Assembly: GCF_003704095.1 (NCBI RefSeq)
Contig: NW_020847620.1
Coordinates: 1-64,000, forward strand
Source of the DNA: Pocillopora damicornis
Taxonomy: Eukaryota
Length of the DNA stretch: 64,000 nucleotides
Direction: 5' to 3'
Positions within the stretch are counted from its first letter, which is position 1; every line of letters begins with the position of its first letter. Under the pieces are notes generated by a model. That model saw only the letters and a program-made list of their open reading frames with translations, made no database searches and was not told the origin of the DNA. Positions 15,502-31,573 of the stretch are shown one piece after another. Position numbers and translations under genes: made by a program.

Positions 15502-16622
15502 CAGCAATCTGTTCTTCTGTCAGTTGATCAGCCTGAAATTATTACCACAGAATGTTAAAAGAGGAAGAAAATAGAGAAACATTATAAAATGGATCTCTTG
15601 GAACGAACAATTTTTATTCACAAGGTCTATAAACCAAGGAATACTAATTAGGGGAATTTTTGTTAGCCAGCTATATTAGACAACATTTTGAAGTGAATGC
15701 ACAGCATAAGACATTTTCAATTGAAATATGTAAAGTAAATCCAGAGGCTTGAAAACTACTCTCCATCCCTTCTGTTACAACAAGGGCCCTGCATTATTAA
15801 TAGTTACCATTTACATCTATGTTTTGAGAATGCAAACATACATTTTTTTTTCCATTTGTGAAGTTTTCTTCTAATTAGATTAGTTGTCAACCAATCAATC
15901 AATCAATCAATTTAGTAATGTCATGATGTGGCTTGTAGTTGCCCTTACATCTCATACAGTGGCTCATGTATAAAATCCATGTCATAGTCAAAATTATTAC
16001 CTTTTCCCCTCAATTTCAGTAACTCTTTCACAATTCCCCCTATGTTTTCAACTCGACGCCCCTTCATCAATCCCTTCTAGCCAGCAGGAAATCAATATGG
16101 GTTGCGATAGCAACAAAATGTGCAAGTTTTCACACTACGTGCGCCATTAGCATGTTCGGAAATGAAATAAACTTGTACAGAATATCTTAAAAAATTCCCC
16201 ACAAAAACTATTAAACAAATCAAGGTAACCGTGTTACAAACAGTTTTGTTTCACTGAACTACGCGTGGGTAAATTCAGCACGCACACTTGTCAAATTATT
16301 TCGAATTCGAAGGCATGATCGGTCACGCATGGAATCACCTCTAAAACGAAACTCGCTGAGTTTTCTTCTTGCAAGTAATCAATCCGTCTCAATTTGCTTC
16401 AACGCTAGATAGGCTATTACAATACCCGAACTCTAGACGTGCCCAAAGATCAAAAAGTTCAAAAAATATGGCATCCAATTCGAAAATCAAAAGCGAACCA
16501 ATATTAAATATTTATAATGTACAGAAGGCAAGTTAACTTCATCTTCCACTTTAGCAAATGATCAGTGCTACCTAAATGAGTATGATTGATAAAATGTTAC
16601 GTGAATAGTTGAATCTTACCAT
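15502..16622 (-). CDS. CaM: Second calmodulin 5' end (CaM-2): ATG exon plus exon 2 only; exons 3-5 absent from the assembled sequence
   Basis: ATG|gtaag at 16622-16620; exon 15532-15502 encodes ADQLTEEQIA with intact splice sites and one synonymous difference from CaM-1 exon 2. Confidence 0.85.
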
Positions 16623-16760
16623 ATTTCTAAGGTTTCAGTTGATTTTCCAAAAGTACTCAGGCTTTCTAAGAAACTTCAAACGTCGATGTAATTAAACTTC
16701 TTGAATTATAAAGTATTTTATCGGGATTCGGAAAGGCTCGTTATAGGCGTAACAGTCTTT

Positions 16761-16820
16761 GATTGGTTAACCTGTCACTCCAAATTTGGATCGTGCGCTC
16801 CGGGACTGCGTCGACTGCGG
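16761..16820 (-). promoter_or_regulatory. CaM-2 promoter: CCAAT, CArG box, CCGCA-N3-GACGCA motif
   Basis: GATTGG 16761-16766, CCAAATTTGG 16780-16789, TGCGTCGACTGCGG 16807-16820. Confidence 0.7.
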
Positions 16821-17582
16821 GATGTAAATTTCTTTTGTCACGCAAACTTTAATTTTCTTTAAATAAAGGGAATCTTAAATTTTTTTTTTTCCTTCTCCCT
16901 AAAAAAAGCTGAGATATGAACTTTAACAAATAAAGCTTCTCTCTTTTTCTTAGAATTTGACAACGTCTGCCCAGAGAATCCTTTTTTAATCAACATGACA
17001 ATAAATCAGCAATGATGGAGACTAGAAAGTACGAGAAGTCAAATAAATTAATACTGAGACAATTTTTATGAAATAAACTGATAAAAGTCCTGGAGAAATA
17101 AGGTAATACGGTATGGTTACCCTCCGGGTGGTCACGTGTTGAATTACCGACCCGCTGTCATGAAATCTAAAATCGATACTGATCAAGAAACAGGAGGCTA
17201 GTGTCGTTGGATGCTATGCGATCTGAGGCTCACTCGGTTTTAAAATGAAGGAAAATGGAAATCTTGGCTTTTTTGCATTCAAGTTCTAAAGTTCATGATC
17301 TATCCTTTGATAGCGAGTTCTTGGTCTCTTTGATTCTCACGATTAGACGCAGGGTACACGTGACTGTGGCAAAGAGTCACGCGAACATTTCGTTCAGCAA
17401 TTCGGTAACGTAATAGCAAACTCATTTATGTTTAGAAGAAATTGAATAAACGCGAATAAAAAAATTGAATTTTAAACAAAAACATCTGGCTGGTGTTTCA
17501 GGAAAATTGCAAATTTAATTCAAAGATAAAAAAGGAAATACAGATAGATAAAAGGAAACAAACAAAGAAACAGCCGCACTAT

Positions 17583-17624
17583 CCGCAACCCGACGCACTT
17601 TTGGTAATGTTTAACCTAATAAGG
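17583..17624 (+). promoter_or_regulatory. CaM-3 promoter: CCGCA-N4-GACGCA motif plus CArG box
   Basis: CCGCAACCCGACGCA 17583-17597, CCTAATAAGG 17615-17624. Confidence 0.7.
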
Positions 17625-17755
17625 ATATCTATTGTTTCAAAAAAGCGAATAGGGATCCTTATGTCACTAATTGGGATGTACAAAAATTAGGGTTTTCCTT
17701 TTCTTGAGAATTTAATTTGGGGAATCAAACATTTGACAGCGGAACTTTACAAAAA

Positions 17756-20454
<2,699 letters not shown>

Positions 20455-22401
20455 AGTTTTGACCATTCTTCATTGTTTTTTCCTAAAAGCAATGAAAGAA
20501 AATGGATTAAACAATTGTCTGGAAGTGTTTGGTCAGTCAAGCAACTATCTGTATCAGCTACATTACATTTTTGCTTCTTTACTGCATTGGGAGGACATTT
20601 AATTGTGATTTAATTTATTATCACTGTGAGCTGTAAGTTTTATTCCATTAAATTATTTAAGAATTTTTATCCCATAATATTACTGACCAGGAAAATTTAT
20701 TTAAAAAGTGGTCCTTAGAACTTGGTGTTAAAGTGAGTAAGCAATATTACACCATAGCACTGAAAAAAATTTGTAGGTTTTTTATGGGTATTTGATTATT
20801 CAAAAGATTCACAAACACAAGTTCCTTCAAGAGGGGAAAAGAAACTTACAAGAACAACAAAAACAAAAACAAAAACAAAAAAAAATGCACAAATTCTCCT
20901 TTTTTTCAGTCCAGTTAAAAACTCCTGTTTATTCACTTGTGTTACCAGGGTGAAGAAAAATGTCATTATCATGGTTATTTATTCCAAACTGCTTTTGTCA
21001 CAATAAATATTACACACCTTATTGAAAAGGAGTTGTGAACTTAATACAGTAATAATGATATTGAATGAGGGAACCCAATTAACAAAGGTGGTTTTCAGTG
21101 AGAGCCTCAGGCATAAGGTTGCTTTCTGTGGGTTCTATGTTTGTTCAAGTACACTGGCACACATTCAATTTTTCAGTGGATTTCAGTGACACTAATGTTT
21201 CACCAAGATGAGAAATTATGTGCAAATTCTTTCTATTTCACAAAAAATTATATTCCTTGAGGCTTTGTAAAACTCATTTTATCTCTGGAAACACATACAC
21301 CTCATTAACTCAAGTGACTTGTTTTGTTGTTGTAATTGAGGGCACTTGAGCTAACTTCCATGACCAGACATTTTATTCCTTTTTTGTAATCAGAAACAGC
21401 ACAACTGTTGGCTGTATATTTCCATATCAGATTATTCTCGGTTATGTTTATGAGATTTAACTTTATTTTGACCTTCCAATGAATGAATAATCTATATGTC
21501 AAATGTTGCTGTCAGACAAAAAGTTTTTGTCCATTCTTTGGCAATGGGCCATTTCTGAAGGGGTGCAATCAAACCTCTGTTTGAAAGCTTCTAAAGGGAA
21601 TTTGTAAAGCCTTTGATTTTAAAATGATTTTTTTTGTTTATATCTAGTTCCACAAGATATGTTTTGCAATTTGCCTCATTTTCAAAGTGAGGATTGTTAT
21701 AATTTGAAAATGATCCATCGGACCCAAGCCCCTCATTTGCAAAATTGTGAAACCCTTCTTCTGAGAAAGTCCTCCACATGTGGAAAAGATATTGACATCC
21801 TCGAGTAAACTCCTTGAGGTAATTTTTTTATTCCTGGCACTGCTAAAAGTGTACAATGAAGAGCTCGTACAAAAACTTGTAATTTTCAAGTTCGCTCAAA
21901 GAATTCTCCGGAAAAGTCCAATTTCTGAATATCCAGACAGATATTAAAAGGCATGAATCAACAATCGTGTCTAACGCACCGTATCTCGACTTATCTTCGA
22001 TGTTGAAATCGAAGGTTTCGTATAATGTGCTTTCCTTCGGGAGGTCACCGCCCAAGTCAGAAGCGAGGACAACATGTCTCACGAAAGGCGTCTAAATTTT
22101 TAACAACTATCGACTAAGTTTTCATCCTTTTTACAGAACTACATTGGGCAAATTGTTCTTTATTGTCTTAAACCATAATTATCTGTAGAAGAGAGTATAA
22201 CAGCTGCAGTGCACTGTGACCAGCCATTAATTAGAAGACAAGAAGAGAGGGTAAAAGCACCTCCTTCCGCTCCACCCCCCTGCATACACACATACACGTG
22301 AAAACACAAACGAGAACACCCAAACAAAAGACACACACACACATATATATATATGAGGCAAACATTAGAAATTTGACAAGAAAAGAATTTATCATCTGTT
22401 T

Positions 22402-25400
22402 CTATTTGTTGACATTGCTCATCATCTTCACAAACTCTGAAATGAAAAGAAACAACGTAACAAATTAAACGCTTTGCCTTAAAGCTAAGTTAAAATAACC
22501 TACAGTTAAGCAGTCAATTACCTCAAGATAAGAAAGACCTTGGATTTAACGACCTGCAGAGCGTACCTAATGAGACTCATTTCTTTTCTTTTAAGGTGGT
22601 ACTTTGCAGCAGCAATTCTGAGTTTCTCCCAAATTTGATTGTGCCAAGATAGAGAACCTTGGGTAAATATCAAATGAGGGTCGCGAGTAATCGATGATTG
22701 CATCGAATATGTTTTATTTCGCTATGTGATTGGTTCGAGAAAACTCACGCCACCATGTCTCTTAACCAATCAGATGCAAAACTGAAACCCATCGGCATCT
22801 GGGTCACGTACGTTTTCCCGCGTTTCTTGTGGTTTGCTTGATTATTGATCGAGTTTGCGTTACCTTCTTGAAATATTTTGGCTAATTCTGATTGGCCATT
22901 TTAACGCCGGACTTTTGGGTGTTGGTTTTAACTTTAGACTGGAGCTTGAAATGTATTTCTGAGTTCGATTTCAGTGAGTGAGCTCATAAGAGTAGAGTTG
23001 ACATAATTCAAACACATTTGCAGTACACAATACTCACGTATTTGTGTAACCAATGGTAAACCAAGCTAAAATGATTTGCGCATGACCGACAGACATGACT
23101 GCTTAATAGTTGATATTTTCACCGTACGCTCCTGTCTAAAGGAAGTCCTTCTTACCGTCAAAGCTGACTTGTCCGTCGCAGTCCAGGTCGGCTTCCTTCA
23201 TCATCTCGTCAACCTCCTCATAAGTCAGTGACTCGCCGAGATTCTCTAAGACCTAAAAATCGTTTTGAAGATGTGCAAATGAATGCTGCGAGAGTAACCC
23301 AACCTATTGATGTAATTCGGTCTAACAGGATATCCTTAAAAACAGTCAGGCTAATATAAGTAACACTAAGCCAGAGGAATTAGAACTAATAGAATTAGAA
23401 AAGAAAAATTGATTGGACTGACGTATTCAATAGCAACGTACGAGAAGGCGTACGTACACTAGTTTCCCTTGTCATTTGCTGAGTCAGAGGAGATGACTCA
23501 GCAAGTGACTAGATTAATTGTTGACAATAAATTGTAAACTATGATAATCTCCTGCTGCAAAAGTTTTTTTTTTCTGTTGATGGCTGAAAAGAAAGTAAAG
23601 AAAATACAATTTCCGGTAACTCATGGATAGAAAGAGGCTGGCTCTTCGCTGACCTGTTTAAGCTCCTGTGATGAGATGTATCCACTTCCATCTCTATCAA
23701 AGACACTGAATGCACCTCTTAGTTCATCTTCCATTGTCATGTTTGCTTGCTTGGCTGCCATTAATTTTAGAAACTCTTCAAAATCTATTTCGCCACTTCC
23801 TGGAGGATAGAAAGGAATACTTAGACAAATGTACAAGTACATAGCATATAATTAAGTTCTACTTCAACTATACATTGTTACTAGGCAACCATTCTTGAAA
23901 TGTATTTGATTCTTTAGCGTGCCCGTCGCAATTTAGAGCACGCTTCGATGAATTTTGTCTGGGCAAACGAACGCAGTGAAAAAAACAAAAAACAATGGTA
24001 CGTTAAGAACAAAAAAGTAAAAAAGAAAGAAAGAAAACGAAATGGATAAAAGGCAACTATTTTCTTAACCAATTAAAGGGTCTAGTAAAGCAAAACCCGA
24101 TTGGTTAAAAGCGTGAAGTGTTTTGAATACTAATCACAAAACCTAAGCAAAACCAAAGCAATCATAGATTACTTTGGACTCTCAACTAGAAATTGATCCT
24201 GCCGATTAAACCCTAATCGACTAAATCTAGACTAAATCAAAAGAGTTACGCTTCACATCGAAGACAAAACTGTCATGTTCCGGATAACTTTCATATGAGC
24301 CAAGTACTAAGGAAAAGCGCTCCACAGTCGCGTGATTGTAAGTGTCAACTGAATCAACTCCCAACCCTCTCCCCAATCCTCTCGGTAATATATGTACGTC
24401 ACTTAACCTCACCATCCTCATCGACCTCCGAGATCATATTCTGCACTTCTTCTTCAGAAGGATGTTGACCCAACGCATCGAACACTTGCTTCAATTCCTT
24501 GATGCTAATGGTACCACCGCCATCTTTATCAAACAGCTGAAATGCTTCTTTATACTCTAGTCAAACAAAAAAATGAATTTATTTAAATAGGCAAAAAGAT
24601 AAGTTGAAAGACAGACAGGTAGACATGCAGACAGATGGATGTACAGACATACTTTTAGACGGCCGGACAGACTGGTGGATACATGCAGACATATTGATAC
24701 ATGAATGGATGGATGGATAGATGAATGGATCGTGAATGAACACTTGGCGAACTTACCTTGGACCTCCTCCTCGGTAAAATTTTCAGCCTACCAGAGAAAA
24801 ATCAAAACGTTTGTTTACACTTCTATGGAAACAAATTCTGTGAAGTTCAGCTTTCGTCTCCCTTACAACCATAGAGTTTCATGGCAAAATGAAAAATAAA
24901 GACTGAGTTGATTTATAAAAAAAAAATAAAAGATATTCTCTCTTCTGCGTCGCGAAAAATAACGAATGAAAAGAAGGGGAAAAATGAGAAAAGAAAAGAA
25001 AATTTAACAAACCACAATAAAAACAACAACAACAACAACAAATCAAACAGAAGAACAAAGAGGGATTAAAACAAATGAACTAAATAATTCATTTCATTGG
25101 ACTCCTGCTGTATGGGCCATTGGATTCGAATTCGCCCTGTGGCTGGAAAAAGAGTTCTAAAATTTTCATTGTGATCGCATGCTAATTACAGTATTTTACC
25201 AACAGCCGGCTAACAGCATGGTTACTATTTCGATAAACAGATAACGTGACTCGCTGATGAGATAACCGGTTAAAATTTCTAACAAACTCGCAATTAGTGT
25301 CACAACCTGGAGATAAGGCAGAGCCAAAATATTGTGGCTGAATAATCCAACTAAATTTACGTTTCACAGCTAGTGTTGTTATAAGTGTGGACATGTAAAA

Positions 25401-26317
25401 CGAGGGACTGTAAGTTACAAGTTACATGTGATGGAATTGTCCTTTGAGATCGATTTTTTTGTTTAATTTCACGCTTTTTAAAGTTAAACTGATGCCCAGA
25501 ACATCTTATAAAGTTCTCTTTGTGTCACGGACATACAATGAGACAATACAGCCACAGCAACAATTATAATTGATAAACATCGCATAATTTTTTTCCTAAG
25601 ACGGCTTGATGATTGTTGCTAAATAATTTAAAGTGAGTGTTTAGCAGAATTGTTGTAATAGTTGTCAGAGGCAAAAAGCGTTAATTTGCGTCTTTAATAT
25701 AAAGTCAAAGTATGAAAATATGGTTGAGAGCGGCGCTTTTCGAGAATCTTTCTAATTAAAGCATATAGCGAAAGGGGCTATTTGACGTTATTGAAAACAA
25801 CTTATCAATCAAACGAGTATCCACTTTAACACTAAAAAACATCGTCCGTCTCAAGTTAACATAAAATCATATTTAAACATACATAAAACGAGAAATGCAG
25901 ATTTTAAGGATGTCTTAATCCTTTAAAAACGACCCATGTAAAGTTTGAAACACGGCAACAGATTCTTTAGAAAAAAATGACATTATTTTCATTCTGCTGC
26001 AAAGCAGTAAGGTTTTCATCACGCGTCCATTTCCGCTAACACAGCACTTCTGTTACTCAATTCTAAACGTGAAGGGGAAAATGGTGTTGTCTTCGTTTCG
26101 CGTCAGTGAAAGAGAAAAAAAAAGTTCTTAGAGACCCTCAACGTTTATGGAAGTAGCTCTGAAAAAATTCTATAGTGCTAGCCGCCAGCCATATCAGTTA
26201 CAAAACGCAAGGAGGAACGTAATGCTCACGCCAAAAATATTCCTCTTGTCTGGCCTCCACAATTGTGCACTAAATAATAAATCTAACTCGGCATGTTACA
26301 ATTCAGCAACTCACCAT
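22402..26317 (-). CDS. Calmodulin-like protein, 4 EF-hands, 151 aa (CaML-4)
   Basis: Exons 26317-26315 (ATG|gtgagt), 24787-24757, 24556-24413, 23799-23654, 23252-23156, 22436-22402 = 456 nt. Loops [48 protein letters not shown]. The ATG exon is placed by analogy with the paralogues. Confidence 0.92.
24605..24730. repeat. Degenerate GACA/GATG microsatellite in a CaML-4 intron
   Basis: Visible (gaca)/(gatg)n runs. Confidence 0.8.
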
Positions 26318-27859
26318 TATGTTGCAATAAAATTGTCCGGGAAGAGGTAGGTTCCGTACAACAGATTGTGGTCAGTAACTGTTGGGTGCAGGTGTCAAAA
26401 TGGAAATCGAGCTGATATCTGTCTTATTGATAATCACAAAAACAGACATTATAAATATATTAATGAGCACACGTCCATATGACAAAAAGTTTATTTGCAT
26501 GCTTAGTTAGATGGTTCGCTGCCAAAATTTTCTAAGTCATCATTACGGTGCAATGATCTCTTGAAAAAATCGTTGTTCTTTTCTTTCTATCCATATCTTT
26601 TTTACGGTAATTTGCGGTTCTAGAAACGTCGACAGAAGGGACCATTCTGGTTGTCTCGAACATGTTTCAAGTTGCAATGAAATTCCGGAAATTTACTGAT
26701 ACACGTCTATTGCATTCATAGGTTTGCCAAATTTTTCACTGCATGCATGCTTGGATAATTATAAAACTTAATTTTTTTCCTTTTCTCGAAAAGCCAGCTC
26801 GGATAATCTGCTGTTTTGCAAAGACAATACTCTTTCGCTTACATCAATTTCTTTTTTTCGTTCTTTTTCCTTTTTTTTTTTTTTTTTGTAACTCAACAAT
26901 ATCATGTTGAATAATTAATGTTGTTTTGACAGAATGTAAGTCAAACTAAGAAAAAATATGTTCTTTAAATTTTCGTGTTGGGCATTGTGTCTGTAAAACA
27001 CATTTAATTTTCTTTACAAATTCGGTGTAAGGTTTTCCTACTAAAAAAATTACGTGGAATAATGCAGATTCAAGACTTCTCAGCTAGTCTGCTTAGGAAA
27101 CGCAGCTGCCATTCACGTAAGTAGTAATCAGTCAAAGTGTTATCTCAATTTTTACTAGCTCGCTATCTGACGAGTAACTCTCCCTTAAATTTTTTCTTTT
27201 CCTCGAAAAACCAGCTCGGAAAATTTTCTGTTTTGCCAAGACAACACTCTTTCGCTAATAAGTTTCATCACTTTCTTTTTTTTTTTTCTTTGTTTTTTTT
27301 AAATTCTTGTGCATCATGTATTTGATGGATAATTTGTCTCGTCCTCAGACCTCTCTGGGGCTTCGATCGGGAGACTAGGACTAGAACTACCAAGGCGACG
27401 GAGAAGCTCTTCCCATCTTCCACTGTGCGCCTGTCGCACACTTAATTACCACCTTGATATCTTAAAATAGAGCGAAGAAGGGAGAGGAGAACAATGTATC
27501 GAAATTGTAAGGAGAATTCAAATATCCATCTCGATTGGGAGTTAGGGGTCATTAACTTAAGCATCGAACCGCCACTAGGACTGAACATACAAGTCCGATT
27601 AATCTATTTAAGATAAAAGAAACCAGAATGGGAACACAAAGCAGTATTTTATTTTTAACATCGCTAACATCAAGCCTTTATAATATTTCATCTAACCCCG
27701 GCTTTCTAAACAGGCAAAGCCTGATTGATTACAAAACAAAAGGTGCGTATGCATTCAAACGAATGTTAAACCTTAGCAATATTTGAACTCGGCAGTTTGG
27801 CAAGACAAAAACTGCAAATCATTCACTGGCTTATTCAAATTTATGGCACAGAAGTCCAT

Positions 27860-30800
27860 TTATTCGTTGCTCACAATCCTGGTGAACTCTGCAGAAAGAT
27901 AGGAAAAATAATAAAATGAAAATAAATAAAAACTATGATGAAAAACATTGCTAAGCAACGACGTTGTTGTGCTTCGCTATATCGATCTCGCGCAAGGGGG
28001 AAGTGATTTGGAATGCGTTACGCACCATGTATAGCTGGCCTGATCGAAGCTCAAACGTCGAGGAGGGCTCATCTACAGATACATGAAGCATACAGTTACA
28101 GAAGTGGTCTCGATAAAGGAAATGATATACATTTATTTCTGGTGATCTACGCCTTACTCTATCGTTCTGGCGTTGAGCGAGATAGCAAAATTAGCATGGT
28201 AAGGTTGTAAGATACACGAGAGACAATACCGCCTAACTGGCCTTAGCCTGAGAGGAGACCCCCATTATTGGCGCTTCAGCATGAACATTTCTCAGCCCGC
28301 GGGAAATTATGAGACTTAAAGCAACGCAAACAGTTGACAGGTCTGCGAGGGGTCTAGCACTTACTCCTTAGTTCCAGACTTCCGGCAAAACCTCTTCCCG
28401 ACTCGACTCAAACCTTCCCACAGGCGGTGAAACGTGCAGCCTGCTACGCTTATAATGACGGCCTGTTCACAAGCTAAAGTGACCAAATACTACCTTCCTA
28501 TTTCTGAACCCTATCTGTGTATACCTTTTTCAGAAATTGCAAACTTTACCTTTCATATCAACAAGGCTATCCTTGTTAATATCTGCCTTTGTGAACATGT
28601 CTTTCAATTCTTTTTCCGACAAACTTTCTCCAGTGACACGCATAACTCTCTTCAGATCCTCGAACGTGATGAAACCATCATCGTCTGCATCAAAGAGCCT
28701 GAAGGCCTGGCGCAATTCCGCCTGCTGGCCTTTCTCTTTTGTCTGAGACATCATGACTAGAAACTCGTTGAAGTCAATGTGGCCACTGTCTATAATAATG
28801 AATGAGAAGACTCGTTAAGTTATACATTGATTGGTTGATAATGAATTCATAAATAGGAACTAGGTAGGTTAATCTTTTAAAATGCAAGTTTACTGGTCAC
28901 AATCACAGTTCCTGAATTTCAATAAGTAATTCCAGAACATTTCTGAGTCCGCTGAGAAGCGATTTGAGGAACATGCCCTCTCGAGGAAAATCAAGAACAA
29001 TAGAAAAGGGTTTCAGCCGACAGGAGTTTCTTTGAAAGAAATCAAATCAAATATTTATATATTTAAACACACTTTCTAAAAACTATGACGGATGAATTAG
29101 GGTATTAGTAATGCTAGGATCAGCCATATCGACAGCGTCGAGACTGAACGGATTAATAAAGATGGTAAGCTTTGAGCGTTGAAAATGGAAATATGTTCTT
29201 TTTTTACATGACTGTTCTTTTGTCTTTATTTCTGTATCATGTCACTGGTTTTGCAAATGTGTTAGACAGAGCTAGAGTATCAAAATTTTCACTTACTATC
29301 GGCATCCACATCCCTGATCAAGTCTTCCAATTCCGATGGGGACGGATTCTGTCCCAGTCTCCTCATGACAACTCCAATCTCGTCAGTGGTGATGAAACCG
29401 CTGCCATCGTGATCAAAGAGTTCAAAGGCCTCACGGAAATCTGGTTGTGATTGAAAAAATACACAAAATGAGTCAAATAAAACTTTTTTTGTTGAACAGA
29501 TAAGCCAAGAAGTGTTATCTAAAGAAAGTGAATTTAAATTACTGTTTTGCGATAGAAATGACTGTAAAAGTAACTTTGCAGTTTGCGCTTACACTGTCTA
29601 AAACATGTTTTTTACTTTACTTACGTTTCTTTTCCCTCTCGCTAAACTTGGCCTGAGAGATGATACAAAAGGAAACACCAGTTACTTTCAAAATTCATAC
29701 TTTGACGACTATTTCAATACAAAAAAACGTTTTTAGGCGTTAAAGTAATAAAAATCCCATTTTATTAAACAATGGATTTAATTGCTGTCACCGTACAAAC
29801 TTTATAAATAGTTTTTCAGATTTTCAACTGCAGATTTAATGAAATCCCAACATCCATGAGGAATTAACATCAATGACTATAGCACGTTTTGCCGCAGTGT
29901 AAGGAAACACTTGAGTAATAGTTAATGATTTTATGAATACCTTAAGTGTGCATGAAAATCAATGAAGTCAAGTATTCAGGAACATTTTACTTATTTCAAT
30001 AATTTGATTTTCTTCTATTACTGCTCTAAGCATTAGAATCTCCACTTAAAGTATTATAACAGTAACTTATATTCAATATTTACAGGTTAATAGGTATTAT
30101 TATCATTATCATTATTAAAATTATTATTATTATAGCATTATTATTAATATCATTAGTATTATTAAAAGTACAAAAATAACTGCAGAAGTATTCCCTGCCT
30201 TTCCGCATTTTGGATTTTAGGTAGATGTAAATACATCCACATTATATATTTTAATGTCGGCGAGGCCAGAATGGAAAGTGCCACTTTGCTAATATTCGTC
30301 ATTACCCGACAGTCTATTTGATTCTACTATGTGAATGGCTTTTAAGAATGCGACATCGATTTGTCAGAGTCGTACACTCTTGCCCCGCCTTGTTTTGCAC
30401 GACTCATGTGCTATCAAGTGGAAATTTTGTTTTGTTTTTTAAATATTGGAAAGCCGAAATCATTCAGCAGAGAAATAAATGCCTGATTGAACAAGACTTT
30501 TTAACCGCAATGGGTGTGTTTGTAAATTTTGCATAAACTGCAAGCAGTATTGAAGTTGTCTCGAAGTTTCTTCATCTTGAAGTGATAAGCAGAAAATATG
30601 AGGTGCGAATCGACGAGGCGTGAATAGAATATATATAGGAGTTTTTTTCGGGGTTCTGTTTTGAAAAACCAATTTTAACTGCATTGAAAAGCACTGTTGC
30701 GTGACGAACGATGCCGACTTATGCAAATATTTTGTGTAGTTAGTGGACAAACTCACTTCGCTAAACAAACTTTATCCATCTAAATTGTACAAATTTAACT

Positions 30801-31407
30801 ATTTTTGCGGATTCGTCCTGCAATTTGCTTAAGATTAATTAATGAAACAAGTAGAAACAAAAATAATTAAAGCTAATATTGGTAAATATTCAAGGGATTT
30901 TTCTGATTGTTTACAAGCGTCTGAACGCCCTTTCCTCTCGAAGATTCTGGCGAACTTTCATTCACGAATTTAAAGGAAATTTAAATTGTAGGACTCTAAA
31001 GATTCAAAACCATTTGCTTCTAGTTATATATTTTCAGAAGCAAAATTTACGCCGTTAACTGTCTTTTCATCTGCTGCTTCTAGCTGCATATTACTCCAAT
31101 GGTGGATAAAAATTCTGCAGCAACCACTGAAGCACATAAAGATGTAGGAGGCAAAATTTTCACGAAAGAAGCGTTAACTTTTTGTGAAATGCTCTCGATT
31201 AAGTCAGCTTTGTGTCGCCTTTTTTTGAAACAGGGAAAGATTAATATAATTCTTAAATTTTGCTGCAAGAATTCGATGGGCTGCGTTTCGAAATGATTGC
31301 TGTTTGTGTCTCGTTTTAATGTACGAAATGTTATTGAAATATAATTTCACTTCACAAGAACACCTGAATGCTACAAGGAAAGCATTTGATCATCTTTAAC
31401 TCACCAT
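27860..31407 (-). CDS. Divergent calmodulin-like protein, 147 aa (CaML-5)
   Basis: Exons 31407-31405 (ATG|gtgagt), 29652-29625, 29440-29297, 28789-28550, 27888-27860 = 444 nt, with the same intron positions as CaM. Loops [48 protein letters not shown]. Confidence 0.9.
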
Positions 31408-31573
31408 TTTCTTCAACTGGACTGATCGAGTTCGGTACTTCTTTGACAAAGTGACGTGCTCCTTTGATCTAACGCTTGTAACTACAGCGTCGCTTCGCGA
31501 ATGATAATTTGTACGATGCTCTAGAAAATATATTTGCAATGCAGAGCAGCATCAAAGAAATCCGTGACAATTG

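Noticed and set aside
21843-22095. 79-aa minus ORF (RHVVLASDLGG...) or alternative last exon of CaML-4 (DAFRETCCPRF)
   Set aside because: GTG start, weak acceptor without a pyrimidine tract, no family recognised; probably 3' UTR or intergenic
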